A stretch of 64,000 bases of DNA from Mytilus californianus (taxonomy: Eukaryota), in contig NW_026262723.1 in NCBI RefSeq assembly GCF_021869535.1, forward strand, positions 105,772,001-105,836,000. Direction: 5' to 3'. The notes under the pieces are model-generated. The model was not told the origin of the DNA, made no database searches, and saw only the letters and a program-made list of their open reading frames with translations. The position numbers and the translations under genes were made by a program. Below, one piece after another: positions 37,379 through 52,101 of the stretch; the stretch's first letter is position 1; each line of letters begins with the position of its first letter.

Positions 37379-40300
37379 TATTTTCTAACAACGAGATGAC
37401 ATCGTTATATTTTGATCGCTTTGAATTCTCAATTACATTTTGAAAATACATTGACTCCAGCACAAAACCAATGCATCTAAATCGTTTCTGTCTATCAATC
37501 GATTCTAGTATTTAGTATATTGTTGTTCTGATAGTATCATTTGCGAAGCACTTGTGTTTGATTTGAAATTAAGTGGTGAAGGCAAAAGTCGATATTAGGG
37601 CCATTGTTTTAAAGAATGTGACAAGTGTTTTGTGTGTTTTCGTTTGTTGCTTAGTTATACAAATCTGATAACATTGATGAAGTCAGAAACAGGAACTGAA
37701 ATAGTAAAACGAAATATGAAAGCACATTGAGCCAACGGTAGTATTTTGGATTTTGGATTTTAATTGACATTATATTTTTACACAGAACAGTATTTGTACT
37801 GTAATAACGCTAATATGAGAATCGGATTCATGTTTTTTTTGTCATATTGAACATCCTCCATAACTTTATTTTTAAAGTTTTTATTTATTATTTATTTATG
37901 ATTTTAACGTTGTTATACAATTTTATGGCATTATTACATGAATAAATTTTATTTTATTTTTTATGTCGTTTTTCGATTTCTATTATGATATGATTTGTTG
38001 AAATTATTTTTATAACGATAATTTCTCTTGTTTGTTAGAGTGTAATGTTCTTTTCATATTGGAAAAGGAAACATAAAAGTAGAATGTAAGACGGGTTTAT
38101 CTGTAATTGACCTAGAAAACATGGGCGCATCTATTAACATCTCACGTGACCAATCCGCCATTACAACCGTGAAAAATAACGCACGTGTATTGATCAAAAC
38201 ATTATCGATTTTCTGTTTACATTTGGATTTCTTTCATTTTCTGATTTATTTTACTATGGATGCTGCCGAAAATTATAAAAAAAACATGGAAGCATTTCTT
38301 GTGCAGTCAATAGTTGTACAAATAATCGTAAAAAAAATTCAGGAGTGGAAAAAATCAATATGCGAATTACACAACGAGTTGCCGCACAATGACTGCCCTC
38401 GTTTGATTCCATATACGTCTTATGTGATGCCTTCAGACGAGTCAACAAACCTGAGTAGACCAAAGCCGTATAAACATAAAAGAAAACTCTGCATAAACAG
38501 GTTTTTGTATGATCCAGACATTTTTTTTGGATGATGCGCCACTGCACGACAATCCGTTTTTTTTTTTAATAAAACTTGTTATGAAAGTAAAATAACTCTG
38601 ACCGACGAATGTTTACACGTTGTAAAACGACTGTTAAAAACTTAAATTAATCTATAAAATTTAATCCGATGACTACAGTGCATCTGCCTCTTTTTGTATA
38701 GAAAATCCACCGCTACATCAGATGCGGATCCAGGATTTTAAAAAAAAGGGGGGAGGGCGCGTGCCCCCAAACTTTTGTAGTGGAAGCGGTAAAATGTCTG
38801 GATTAACCATAAATGAAGCTAATAACAATGAAACCTACCCCGAGGCTACATGTAGTTATAATTGCAAGCAAATCAACCCAGTGTGAAGAGACGAACTTTT
38901 TTCATTCATGACTTCTATAGTATCTTTATGCTGCAAAATAGACAGACATTCCGACAATATTAACTCAGACAAAAATATTGTTAACAGAGGAGTAAGGAGT
39001 TCAAAATTAAATAAAAGGGAGGGGGAACCTCGTCAGACGTTTAAGAAATATTATGAATGACAGTGACGCCTTATTGTATATTTATGTAACTAAGTTTTCT
39101 TTACTTTAGTGGAATTACTACACAATTTAATTTTCAACTACGATATTGCAGATCAGCTGTTGCTCGATCGTACTGATGAGGTTAATACTTAGTTTGATAT
39201 TTGGTAATTTTGGACGGCGCTTTAATATTTCGAAAAGTAAGGCTTGTAAAATATTTTATTCCTGGGTGCAGTTCTTGCTGAAAAACTTAAAGGTTTTATA
39301 TATATATATGTAGGTCTGTGTGCTTATGGTATATTTTCACTTTATTTTCTTTATAAGACGTATACAGTTACTTCTGTTGAATTGAACTTTCCTCAGTAGA
39401 ATATTCTGTGCATGAATTCTAAAATTTTATACATTAGAAAGGATTTTTCAAAGGTCTAACTCAAATAGTTTACTAGAACCTACGAAAGCGTAGCTATACC
39501 GGTAATCCGACAACCTTAAATTCCTACACTTCAGTAGTCCGACGGTCCGAAATACACCCCTAATGTTATATTGTAATACTGTATTTCACTGTATTATATA
39601 CATCGGGGACTTATATAAGAGTTTAATGCGGATTAGGGATGAAAATCTACGAGACCTCTGTTTTGGAGTGGTTGGGAGGGGAGTTGGCAAAACACTAAAT
39701 GACACTTCTAAAACATAACTAATCATCGCTTTGAATTTACATGTTGGAGTCTTTGGTGGTTTAATGGCATTCATTTATATTAAGCATGGATCATGATGTT
39801 ATATACTATACATACTATAGTAGTTGTATGTCGAGTAATTTTCTGCAAAAGAAATTGGAATCGAACACATAATAACTTAAACTATAGGAATACATGGGCC
39901 GTGAAAGTTCAAAACTTCTTAAGCCCATATTCTAATCGCAAAGTTATATCTACATATGGCCCGACGCATCGATAGCATATAGCGGAATTCATGCGGACAC
40001 CAAAGTAATACGAAAATGTCACCGTGCTCAGTTTTGAGCATTATACGTGAGTCAAGCAAAAAGCACAAAACTCTCGTCTCTGTAGGACCGTCTGATTAGT
40101 GGATTGTTAAATTTTAGGACTGTCTCATTATAGGTCTGACCACAGAAATTTCTATGATTTGATAAAATTGCACCCTGGTTTTTCTGATTTATACTGCACT
40201 CGTTCTATTTGAGCAGTCAAAATGCGTTGACCGTATATTTCTATGTCATATACAGTCACTGACCTGATATCACTTTTCCTCATGAATATTTAAATAGAAA

Positions 40301-40685
40301 TTGCCAAAATTATATTTAATTATTCATACGACCTATTCAACCTGTTCTTGTTTCCAATGTATACAACGACTCAAACTTATTTCTTTTGCAATTTTTAGAA
40401 GAAAAAAAAACATATTTGACTTGTTAATATTTTTGGTTTGCAAACTATAAATCATTATGTTTTATGCTTATTGTTGATATTTTAGTTCATTCTCAAACAA
40501 ATTCGTTCACCATCGATTGCGGGTTTCAACAGGTAATGTACATTTCATTGTGTTGTATATTTCTCCGCCTGCATGATATGAGGCCTTTTTATATAAGGGG
40601 GAAGTTTCCCAATATTTAAATCAAATAATAACATTAACACACTAAACAACAATTGAAAATGTTTTTTTTTTAGATTGCAGTATAA

Positions 40686-40833
40686 AGACAATAATAGTGC
40701 ATTGACTTGACATATCAACGATATAAGGATTCGGCCCGAAACGGAAAAAAGCTCGGCAGAGCCTCGCATTTCCCCGTTTCTAAGCCTCATCCTTATATCG
40801 TTGATATGTCAAGTCAATGCACTATTATTGTCT
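40686..40833. repeat. Perfect 45-bp inverted repeat with a 58-nt GC-rich spacer (palindromic MITE-like)
   Basis: agacaataatagtgcattgacttgacatatcaacgatataaggat at 40686-40730 and its exact reverse complement at 40789-40833; TATA flanks. Confidence 0.85.
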
Positions 40834-41469
40834 ATATATCACATATGCGACCGGTCAGGACTATTTATTTTTTATTTATGTATGCGTTATAATTATTAAT
40901 ATTATGATTACCAAATGATTGTAATCGACATGTAACCTGGGATTAGTATTCGTATAAAATTTATTATGTCCCGCGTGTAACATATCAAATACAGTTATAT
41001 TTTAAGGACACGACACCTGGTCTGCAATACACTTAGAATCCTTATCTAATTACTTTATTATTTATAGCACATATAATTTTGCCGAGGTCAAGTACGACTT
41101 CACATTCTTGTGTTTACATTTAATTATATGCGGTCAGGGCATATAGATCTATATCTTATATTTTTTCACGGTTGTAATGGCGATCGTACTACGACGACGC
41201 CTAGGAGTCGCGTCACAAACTAAGGCAGATAATCGGAAAAACCTGTCTTATCTATCAATGCAAAACATTTTATCATAAAAGTGTGAGATAGATACTCCTA
41301 CAGACTGATTCATTCAATACTAATAAAAGACAGGTTACAATACAGTACGTCAAGCTCTAAATCGCCCGTGCCTAATTAAACAGAGCCTTTCAAAGATCTG
41401 CCATAAACACTCCAAAGACTATTAACATTACGTTATGACTTAACAGAATAACATTAAGTTATGACTTAA

Positions 41470-41743
41470 GGTGGTACCCAACACCTTGACTAATATTAAT
41501 TTGGCTCGTTTAATTTTCATAAAATTTTGACAAAATGTTTACTTTGACCCTTTGACAAAAATATAAAAATTTCAAAAAATTTGAACCAACCACTTTATCA
41601 GAAAAATTTCATTGGTTATATAACAGTTTGACAAACACTAATTTTGATCATTGAGAAGCTTACTATTTCCTTAACAATACAACGTAATTAAAACGTTTAG
41701 CTGATTTTTACAGAGTTATCTCCCTGTAGTGTTAGGTACCACC
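41470..41743. mobile_element. MITE with TTAA target duplication (Kolobok-like), inserted into a 26-bp tandem repeat
   Basis: ttaa|ggtggtacccaacac...gtgttaggtaccacc|ttaa; the flanks repeat ttatgacttaacagaataacattaag. Confidence 0.75.
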
Positions 41744-43249
41744 TTAACAGAATAACATTAAGTTATGACTTAACAGAATAACATTAAGTTATGATTTAAC
41801 AGAAAAAAACACTTACCTCTCAAATGACGGTCTTCATATATCACAAATACAACTTAAAGTAAACAATAATATAAAAAAAAGAAGAAATCACGCGTCCTAC
41901 ACTCAAAAACACAGGCATTTTATATTACATCAGGCATTTGTCTCTGAAAAATACCTATATACCTTAATATATTAAGGTATATAGGATTTTTATTTTCAGA
42001 GACAAGTGCTTGTACTCAAAAACCGTTGGATGCACCTCCGAGCAGATTTCATACGTGAACTTTAAGAGTTCAAGAACAGGCGATCTAATGCAATGTTATT
42101 TAAAGATCAAATATATGCAGAAAACATCAAACATTTCAGTCTCGTTCCAAACAAAAGACCAGCCAATGAATGACATCCTCCAAAAAAGCACATAGTTAAA
42201 CATCTTGACAGCAAAATAGAAATTGTTAGCTCAATAAGAAATATTACCATAAACAGCTTGATGTGAAATAATTCTGGTTATCAAATTTCTGCAGGTGCAA
42301 TCATATTTCTCTAAGAAATCTCTATATTTGTGATAATATTTAGTAAAAGTTTGAATAAAAAGTAAATTAACAAAAATACCGAACTCGGAGAAAAATACAA
42401 AACGAAACGTCCCCAATCAAATGGCAAAATCAAAAGCTCAAACACATCAAACGAATGTATAACAACTGTCTTATTCCTGACTTATAGATTATTTATTCAA
42501 GCTAAACATCCAGTGGCATATATGTCATGAATACCCAGGACGAGAAATCAACAATTGATAAGTTATACGTATGTTCTGCATGGTAGGTCGACCAGGATAA
42601 AGGGTCGACAATTGGATTGCAACTGAAAAATAAGGACAAACAGAAAAGAGGCATAACTGTTGCCTGTGACTTTTGCAAGGCAGCATTTCTGCCATATTGT
42701 ATTTGCCCTTATATTCAAGCTGCTGTCGAAAACTTTTACAACATTGATACAGTTATCATAGTTTGGTCAAACTGTGACTTTGTAGAGAAAAGTTTGACCG
42801 ACTTATGATAACTATCCCTACTATCTAATGTAATATCATACGTTCATGTTTAAAATCTGAAATCTGAGACGTCAGGCAACAACGAGAATATCGATCCAGC
42901 TTTGAAATGTACACTTCATAGGAAGGAGCACGGTAATATTACCACTAAGGCAAGGGAAATTAACAATTTGAAAGGAAAGGTAGTCCAGTTTGTATTGAAT
43001 AATGGTGTAAGGATTATATCAGAAAAGTCTGTTAATATTTAGTGTAAATGAATCTGTATTAAAAAATGACATGATAACTTCCTATAAAGAGACTGTCCCC
43101 ATCTTTCTGGTCTCGCATATTTGACCGTAAAATGCCATGGCATGCACGTATAAAACGATCATATGATTATAGATTTGTAAAATCAATAGTATTAATGATA
43201 ATGCATTAAATAAGAAAAAGGTACACCAATATAATTCTTAATTTAAAAA

Positions 43250-44460
43250 TAAGAAGTGGTATGATTGCCAATGAGACAGCTCTCCATAAGAGACCAAATG
43301 ACACAGAAATTAACCATAAGTCACAGCACGGCCTTCAACAATGAGTAAAACCCATACTGCATAGTAAGCTATAAAAGGCCCCAAAATGACGAATGTAAAA
43401 CGGTTCAAACAAGAAAACTAATTTATGTACAAAATAATGAACGAAAAACAAATATAATATACAACAACAAACGACAACCACTGAATTTACAGGTTCCTGA
43501 CTTGGGACAGGCACATACAGAATGTGTCGGGGTTAAACTAGTTTAAAGGCGCACCAACCATCCCCTAACCTGTGATAGTGATGTAGCAGTACAACATAGG
43601 AACAAACTATAAAAATCAGTTGAAAAGGGCTAAACTCATCAGATCGACACAAAGCAGAAATACATTTAACAAAAACACAGAGTGGACGTGGCAGTCTACT
43701 TATACATCCCCACAACAAAAAAAACACTAAGTACAGATCTGAGAGTACTCGCAGTTACTGACAGCTAGTTCAAAGACCATAATAACTAATAAAAAAATCA
43801 TGCATCTAAGACTAAAGTATCAATCAGTACACATCCAACATCCAATGGATTTAGTGTAAAGACGTCATTAACAGTCAGAGAAAAACATGACCTTGTGCAA
43901 TGCCAAGATACAGATATCGACAGATGGTAGAGCCATGAATGTGCATATGTATATAAAAATAATATTAAGTTTGATTTTAATTTACTAATAAAAACAATAT
44001 TCAGAGTTGGCAACCTTTTATAATGAGTTTATTTAAAGGATCGATAAGTTTACCCGGATCTTATCTAAATTTCCAGGCTCGGTAAACAATATCTCCGTAA
44101 AAATTAGGATGTGCTATCCCGTTAAAAATAAGTTTTCTACAGGTATAATCAAACTTCTAATCAAATCTTTATATTTATGGAAGAATTTAGTAAAGGTTTT
44201 AAGTCATTTGTGGTAACGAAATCCCTGAATTAATAGTTTACCAGTAATACATAGAAAACGTTCATTGAAATTCAAAATGTCACAACAGACACGAGCATAG
44301 CGAACGAGATGTGATATATAAACACCGTAAGATTGTGCCAAAGGAACATCGACGTCCAAAAAAGGAAAATTAACATTAGGGAAGGAAAATCGTCCCTTTT
44401 GTCGTAAATATTAGTGTAGAGTTCCCCGTGTAAAACTAAAATATCTAACTCTAGGAAAGG
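43250..44460 (+). repeat. Long copy of repeat family A
   Basis: Colinear with 34640-35225 and 48270-49050. Confidence 0.75.
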
Positions 44461-45164
44461 ACAGTTATTACCGTTTATATTTGTCTTTTACAATCTCCTT
44501 AGAATCAGATCTCAGTCCATTTTGCTCCGTCAGATTTGTTTAATCTAACGGAGCAAAGATCAAAATCTAAATTTGATGAGATTGCCTTATGCCTTCTTAT
44601 CCTGTTCAATCGTTTAGTGTCAGTCCAAAAACCACGTCCTTCACCAAGGTCAACTCTATTTTGAGAGCAGCTGATTTATTTCTTTGTATTGCAACGATTT
44701 TTTCCTAAATGTCCGACATATGAATGCCAACAGGGACAACAGGGATGCGGTTGCGTTAATTATTGGTTAAAGCTTTTTATTTCAGAAAGTAAAGAAAAAA
44801 TTGATAAAAATATTGGTTCAATGACATTATATGTTTTATCACAATATTTTTCAATAATGATTGTGAGTAAAAGGACAAATATATTTGGTATAACGAATCA
44901 TTGCAAGGTATACATGTTCGTCAAACAAGATTCATTTGTCTTTTACCATAATTATGTTCAGAGCAGGGTACCGGGATCCAGGATTTTTGAAAGGGGGGGG
45001 GGGGGGGGGGGGTTAGTCGATGAATGTATGAATGTTCAAACTGAATATATACCGCTGAGCGAAGCGAGGCGAACACATTTTTGGACGATTGTATGCTTAA
45101 AAAATCTTTTAAATCGTGAGAAACATGAGATTTTGTTTTATTCGGTATAACAGACATAAATATT

Positions 45165-45905
45165 TATAAAATAAAATTGAGAATGGAAATGAGGAATGTG
45201 AGAGACAACAACCCGACCAAAGAGCAGAAAACAGCCCAAGGCCACCGATGGGTCTTCAACACAGCGAGAAAATCCCGCACCCGGAGGCGGGCTTCAGCTA
45301 GCCCCTAAATAAAAATGTGTACTAGTCCAGTAAAAATGGACGTCACACTAAACTCTGAAACTTATAAATGAACTAAAATTTAAAAAACATACAAGACTAA
45401 CAAAGGCCAGAGGATCCTGACTTGGGACAGGCGCAAAAATGCGGCGGAGTTAAACATGTTTTGTGAGATCTCAACCCTCCCCCTATACCTCTAGTCTATG
45501 TAGAATAAACAAATACACGACAATACGCACAGTAAAACACAGCTTAAAAGAAGTCCGAGTCCGATGTCAGAATAGGTAACAGAAGAAACTAATCAACATT
45601 ACAATGATACATAAATTAACAAAGGACTACTAGCAGTTACTGACATGCCAGCTCCAGACTTCAATTAAACTGATTGAAAGATTATGTCTTCATCATATGA
45701 AAATCAAGCACAATCCCTCCCGTTAGGGGTTTATCATACCATCATCATAACCCGTATCATGCCAACAACTGGTTTTAGAATAAATGTGTTTATTTCCGAT
45801 GCAAAGACCCTATGAGTGAATCAATATTAAATCCAAAATATGCCATCTTTAATGACCTAACAGCAGTATCGTAACTATATACCTTCTGAATAAGTCTGTT
45901 TACAT
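45165..45905 (-). mobile_element. Penelope-like element 3' region
   Basis: Colinear with 47360-48120. Confidence 0.7.
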
Positions 45906-47359
45906 TTTATATTTCTCTGGTATAAAGAATGATTGTAAGAGGTAAGTTCACTAGTGGAAAAGAAACCGCCTGCTTATCCTTCAGAAGAACACGAGTATAC
46001 CCCCTTTTTGGTTTTTCATGACTCCATCTATTTGGTTTATTGTGCTTAGTTGCCGTCTGTTTTTCTTTGATCGATTCATGTTTTTTTTAGCATATTGGTA
46101 TCTCCTCACTTTTTAGAACTTTTATTTTGAATGAAAACGAATTTAGCTAATCTCCATTAAATCAGAATTTGACAGAGGTTGCATGCCAACGAGGTTTATT
46201 AAGCTGAAAAATATTCTTGAGTTTGATTATTATAAGAATAAAAGTTTTGTATATGAACTTATTCTTACAAGAAGCAAATCTTGGAAGACACTTTTGTGCT
46301 CTAGAAGGATTAACAATTCACGTTCGAAAGTCGTCGTGTTATTAACTACTATCATGACTATAGGAATAATCGTCTGTTTGACTTGTATTGCCCTTTCTTA
46401 CAAGTTTTGTTCTAAAAATAAAGTCTGTCTTAAAAATCGTCCCTTTTGCCGTAAATATTTGTGTAGAGTTCCCCGTGTAAAACTAAAATATCTAACTCAA
46501 GGAAAGGACAGTTATTACCGTTTATATTCGTCTGTTTGACTTTTATTGTCCTTTCTTACAAGTTTTGTTCTAAAAATATAGTCTTTCTTAATGTTACACA
46601 CACGGATTTAGTTGTGATTAAATTTAATAAAAACTATTGAAATCTTTGCTTGAAGCATTATATTTCAAAATTCGGCTCATGTGAATCTATCTTAAGTGCA
46701 TTAAATTCGGCTCATGTGAATCTATCTTAAGTGCATTACAATAGTCAGTATATATATCCTCAGTATGATGTTATGTTTTGGTATTTAAAGGATGAGAAAA
46801 TGTAACATTATGCACTTTGCGTCACGTGTGTTTGAATGACCAAATGATATTTTAAGTGTTATAACTGTACGAATCAATATATAAAATAGTTGCTTAGTAC
46901 TATATGTAACTATTCTAACGTGTAGGACGGCATTTCTTCTCAGCCGGTTAAGTACTTGAGTTTGCTTTTAGTAACTGCATGCGAGCATTCTTTAACACCG
47001 TTACGGTATAATTGGTTATCAATTTTGTGCCTTATTCGGCTTGTTATCTATTATATTGTTATTTTCCTGTACTGGTTTTTGTCTCGCCTGCGACGAAAGT
47101 CTATCCACCAAATTTCAAATGAAGTGGATGTAAGCAATTATAGGCAACCGTACGGCATTCAACAATGACAAAAACCCAATCCGTATAGTCGGCTATAAAA
47201 GGACCCGACATGAAAAATATGAAACAATTCAATTGAGAAAACTAACAGCCTAATTCATAACAAAACAATTTACGAAAAACAAATATGACAGACATGAACA
47301 ACAACCACTGAACTAAAGGCTCCTGACTTGGGACAGGCACATAAAGAATGTGCGGCGAG

Positions 47360-48255
47360 TTTAATAAAATTGAGAATGGAAATGGGGAATGTGTCAAAGG
47401 GACAACAACCCGACCATAGAGCAGACAACAGCCGAAGGCCACCAATGGGTCTTCAATGCAGCGAGAAACTCCCGCACCCGGAGGCGCCTTTCAGCTGGCC
47501 CCTAAACAAATATGTATACTAGTTCAGTGATAATGGACGTCATACTAAACTCCAAATTATACACAAGAAACTAAAATTAAAAAAGATACAAGACTAACAA
47601 AGGCCAGAGGCTCCTGACTTGGGACAGGCGCAAAAATGCGGCGGGGTTAAACATGTTTTTTGAGATCTCAACCCTCCCGCTATACCTCCAGCCAATGTAG
47701 AAAAAACAAACGTACAACAGTACGCACAGTAAAACTCAGTTTAAGAAAAGTCCGAGTCCGATGTCAGAATAGGAAACAAAAGAAAATAAACAAAATGACA
47801 ATAATACATAAATAACAACAGACTACTAGCAGTTACTGACATGCCAGCTCCAGACCTCAATTAAACTGATTGAAAGATTATGTCTTCATCATATGAATAT
47901 CAGGCACAATCCCTCCTGTTAGGGGTTTAGCATTATACCGTCATAAAATATACGAGAAGAACATAACCCGTGTCATGCCAACAACTGGTTTTAGAATAAA
48001 TATGTTTAATTCCGATGCAAAGACCCTATAAGTGAATCAATATTAAAGCCAAAATATGCAATCTTTAATGACCTGACAACAGTATCGTAACTATATCCCT
48101 TCTTAATAAGTCTGTTTAAAGGTTTTGTTAGCTTTTGAGGTGAATACTGACATTTTTGTGCTTTGTAAAGAATATTACCATAAAAGATTGGATGTGAAAT
48201 ACCCGAACGTATAAGATGTCTGCATGTTGAGTTATATTTACGAATGATGTCCTTA
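47360..48255 (-). mobile_element. Penelope-like element 3' fragment (ORF C-terminus plus 3' region), nested in a family A repeat
   Basis: ORF end FKDIIRKYNSTCRHLIRSGISHPIFYGNILYKAQK...IGSLHRN*. A decayed homologue of this peptide lies at 42231-42350. Family A sequence resumes on both sides. Confidence 0.65.
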
Positions 48256-49677
48256 AACATGTTTGTGAGCGTTCAATCCTCCCCTAACCTGGGACAGTGG
48301 TGTTACAGAACAACATAAGAACTATAAAAATCAGTTGAAAAGGGATTATCTCATCAGATCGATACAAAGCAGATAACAAAAACACAGATCGGACAACAAA
48401 AAAGACACAAAGTACAGATTTGAGAGTATTCGCAGTTACTGACAGTTAGTTCAAAGCCAATAACAACTAATAAAAAAGGTCAAGTATCTAAGATAAAAAT
48501 ATCAATAAGTACACATACAACATCCAATTGATTTAGTGTAAAGACGTCATTAACAGTCAAAGAAAGACATGACCTTGTGCAATGCCAAAATATACATGTA
48601 TAGGTATCGACAGATTGTCGTACCGTGAAAGTGCATATGTGTGTATAACAATAATAGTTAGTATGGTTTTAATTTACTGATAATAAAATCAATATTTATA
48701 CCAATAAAAACCTGTTCAAAGATCTAATTACATTGTTGAATTGGTAACCTTTTAGAATAAGTTTATTTAAAGGATAAATCAGTTTACCCGGGTCGTATCT
48801 TAACAACATCACCGTAAAATTTAGGATGTGCTATTCCGTTTGAAATAAGTTTCCTACAGGTACAGCCAAACTTGCAAACCAAATCTTTGTATCTATGAAA
48901 GAATTTAGTAAAGGTTTTAAGTAATTTGTGGTAACGAAATCCCTGACTTAATAATTTAAAAGGAAAATTAATAATAGGGAAAGAAAATCATTCCTTTTGT
49001 CGTAAATTTCTGTGTAGAGTTTCTGGTGTAAAACTGAAATATCTAAATCTAAGTCAATTTGAAAGGAACTACTTGTGATAAATCAATGATATTTTTATAC
49101 AATTGCATTGCTATCACCAATTACCAGTTTGACGACTATTTCGAGGCTCTGCCCACTTGGTCATGGTCTAGTGACTTTGAATTAATTATCAATTCTCAAT
49201 GTTAAGTTTTCTGCTTTTTTCTACTTGTGATAGATCAATGATATTTTCTATACAGTTGCATTACTATCGGTACATATTAGTTTGACGACTTTTTCGAGGC
49301 CCTGCCCCCTGGGTCATTGTCCCAGTGACTTTGAATTAATTAGCAATATTACTATCGATCAGATTGTCTTTTTCAGGCGATACATATCTCTGTGTCTACA
49401 GTTTATTAATGCATGTTCGTATAAGTACGTGTTTAATAATCTACTGATTGATTTAAAAAGGGAACGGTTGAATTTGTTTTTTAAGTTTGATATCTCCATA
49501 TGATCATTTGCCCGTCCCTCGTCAGTAATTTTCGTATTACATATCTTATAATTTCGTTATTTTGAGATTGGGTGTTAATGGAAGCTTTTATATAGATCCG
49601 ATAACATGGTGTCAAGATTGGAAACTTCAGGTTAACCGATCGAAAACCAAAATTATACATTAATTATTATTATAAGA

Positions 49678-50780
49678 ATGCGTCCGTGCAGCAATACGTT
49701 TCCGTTCTCCTGTGGAAATCAAGACCTTGACTATGCAGATTCGTACAAATATCTGGGACTTTGGTTTGATGAACACTTAACTATGAACAAAGCTGTAAGG
49801 GAACTTGCGAAATCGGCTAGTAGAGCTCTTGGTGTCCTATTCGACAAATTCGTAACGGCGGGAGGTATGACTTGGAAAGTTAACCTTAAACTATACACAT
49901 CGATGGTGGAACCTATTTTATATTATGGCAGTGGTATTTGGATAACAAAATCTTACAATGTGATAAACAATGTTCAGACTAAAGCAGCCAAATATTTCCA
50001 TGCAGTGGGAAAAGAACTTCTTATACGTCTGTGCGTGGCGACCTAGGACTTACTTCTTGTCATACTTAGCAAAAACTATCATGCATACGATTAAAATGCA
50101 AATTCGTCCGAGCAGATGATGATCGGCTGATTTAAAAAATGGCAAATTGGGCATCGCGTGGTAGAAACGACTGGCATTCACAAGTAAACAAATGTATAAA
50201 CGAACTAGCCGTATCTGGTACGGTCAATAACATTGTCTTGACTGTGTGAAAACAGCAACATGCATTATCAACAACAAGTTACTCAATCTAGATCAAAATT
50301 AATTTTTGCAAGATCCGAACAATGATATAAACAAAGCGAATGGCAATATAATTAAGAACGTACCGATTATATAAGACGACGATAGAAACCGCACACTACA
50401 TTACACGCCAGCTTCCACGAACTGTCAGACGTACAATGGCATTATTTAGGAGCGGGACACTACCGTTAGCTATTGAGACGGGACGATATTCCAGACCGCA
50501 GATACCACTAAATGACTAGTAGACTTTGTAAATTTTGTAATACAAACACTGTAGAACACGAAATACATTTTTTTAATTGTTTGTCCTTTATATACAGACA
50601 TCCGATACGAACTTTTTCAAGCAGCACTAGAACTCATTGATGACTTTGACAGAATGAACACAGAGAATATACGTATTGCGCTTACGAATTGTAAATACAT
50701 ACAAACTTTTCTAGCTCATGCATTGAATAGATTTTTTTCTAAAGAGAGACAAGTTTTAATGAAATTATAATTTGCAAACT
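49678..50780 (+). mobile_element. L2/Crack-like LINE, decayed 3' part (RT C-terminus plus zinc knuckle)
   Basis: YKYLGLWFDEHLTMNKAV, LYTSMVEPILYYGSGIW, VQTKAAKYF, and downstream LPLAIETGRY...CKFCNTNTVEHEIHFLIVCPLY, with stops. Confidence 0.75.
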
Positions 50781-51998
50781 ATTTATTTATAACCAGTATC
50801 ATTGTTCTTATATTTATTTTTTTATTTTATATAAAGGTACTGTGATAGTCTCAATTTAATACCCCAAGTTTAAATACTTTTATTTTATTTTTAAAAGATA
50901 AATTCAATCGACAATGTTATTTATTTATTTACTTTATCACAATATTGGCATTTTCATAAAGATTTTTACTTTGTCAAAAGTGGATTTTTTTATGTCCTTA
51001 TTTAAGAAGTGCTTGTAAAAAATTTAATCTAATTATATATATTTTAATGTGTTTTATTGTAAATTTAGTGTCTCGTATGTCTATATCGGCTGTTTTAACT
51101 GTTTTGTGTATTGAACATGTATATTTACTTGTAAGATTAATATGTGACACTTTAACAACATAATCATTGTCTTATCTTATCTTTAAGGTAAGTTTCAGTT
51201 GCAGATCCAGGATTTTGGAAAAAACGGCGTCCAACGGGAAGGCAACGTCAGGAGTTGGACTAGTAAAATGGTATATGTAGTTCCATAAGGAACTAAATCC
51301 GCCAATGAGCTTGGTTAAAATCAAATAAACACAACAAAATTTACGATTTGTAGAAATTAATTATAATATATTATAAAAATCCTACTGACTTATGTTAGTA
51401 AGTAATAAGAAATTTAGTTTAAAGTCGGCATTAATGTACACAATAACAATAGACTGATGAAATCTTTAACCGAATATCAAATAAAAATCCTACAGCTTCA
51501 TGCAATACGAAAAATAAATAAAAGACTAAGCAAAATATTTTGTAAGCATGTCATAGCTGATTTCTGATTTCTAAATCTCCACAGTAAAGATTCTTAAAGC
51601 AAACATATCACGACATGTGCACCGACGGAGGGGTCCAGCAATCACAAAAATATCATAGAAATACTAAAAAAAACTTTAAAAAAATATGAAAGTTATTAAG
51701 CACTGGCATTTAAGTACAGCTATTCGTAATAATTTAAAAGCAAGGCAATGATGAATTTCTGCTGTTTGTTTGATGACGGAGAAGATCTTTATTTATATCT
51801 GATGGTACGTAGCAGGTTGATGTAGAAATTTGGTTTTCGGTCAGATTTCGATATCGGGGCAATCAGTTACGTTTTTATGTAAAAGAAAACTGGATTATAT
51901 AAGAAATTTAAAGGAGACCAGATAATCCCATAATGAATAAACTTTCAAAAATTAACCGAATTGAATGACTAAATTGGTGACAATTATTACAAGAATCA

Positions 51999-52101
51999 AT
52001 GGATCGATTAAGTATAATATCTGGTGCTCTGTTTTTTACAGCTGATGTGTTTGCAGTGGCAAGCTTGGCCATGCCAAGGTGGATTGTTTCAGATATCGGA
52101 G
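51999..52101 (+). CDS. MOSMO: MOSMO coding exon 1
   Basis: 103 nt; donor ggag|gtataa. Confidence 0.9.

Noticed and set aside
46183-46539. 118-aa ORF with a hydrophobic segment
   Set aside because: Its 3' part is a repeat segment also present at 44385-44480 and near 48970-49040. It has no splice support and no recognisable domain.
46670-46740. Exact tandem duplications of about 35 bp (also 23 bp at 12580-12625 and a diverged ~120-bp pair at 49070-49340)
   Set aside because: These are ordinary local slippage duplications with no link to a gene feature.
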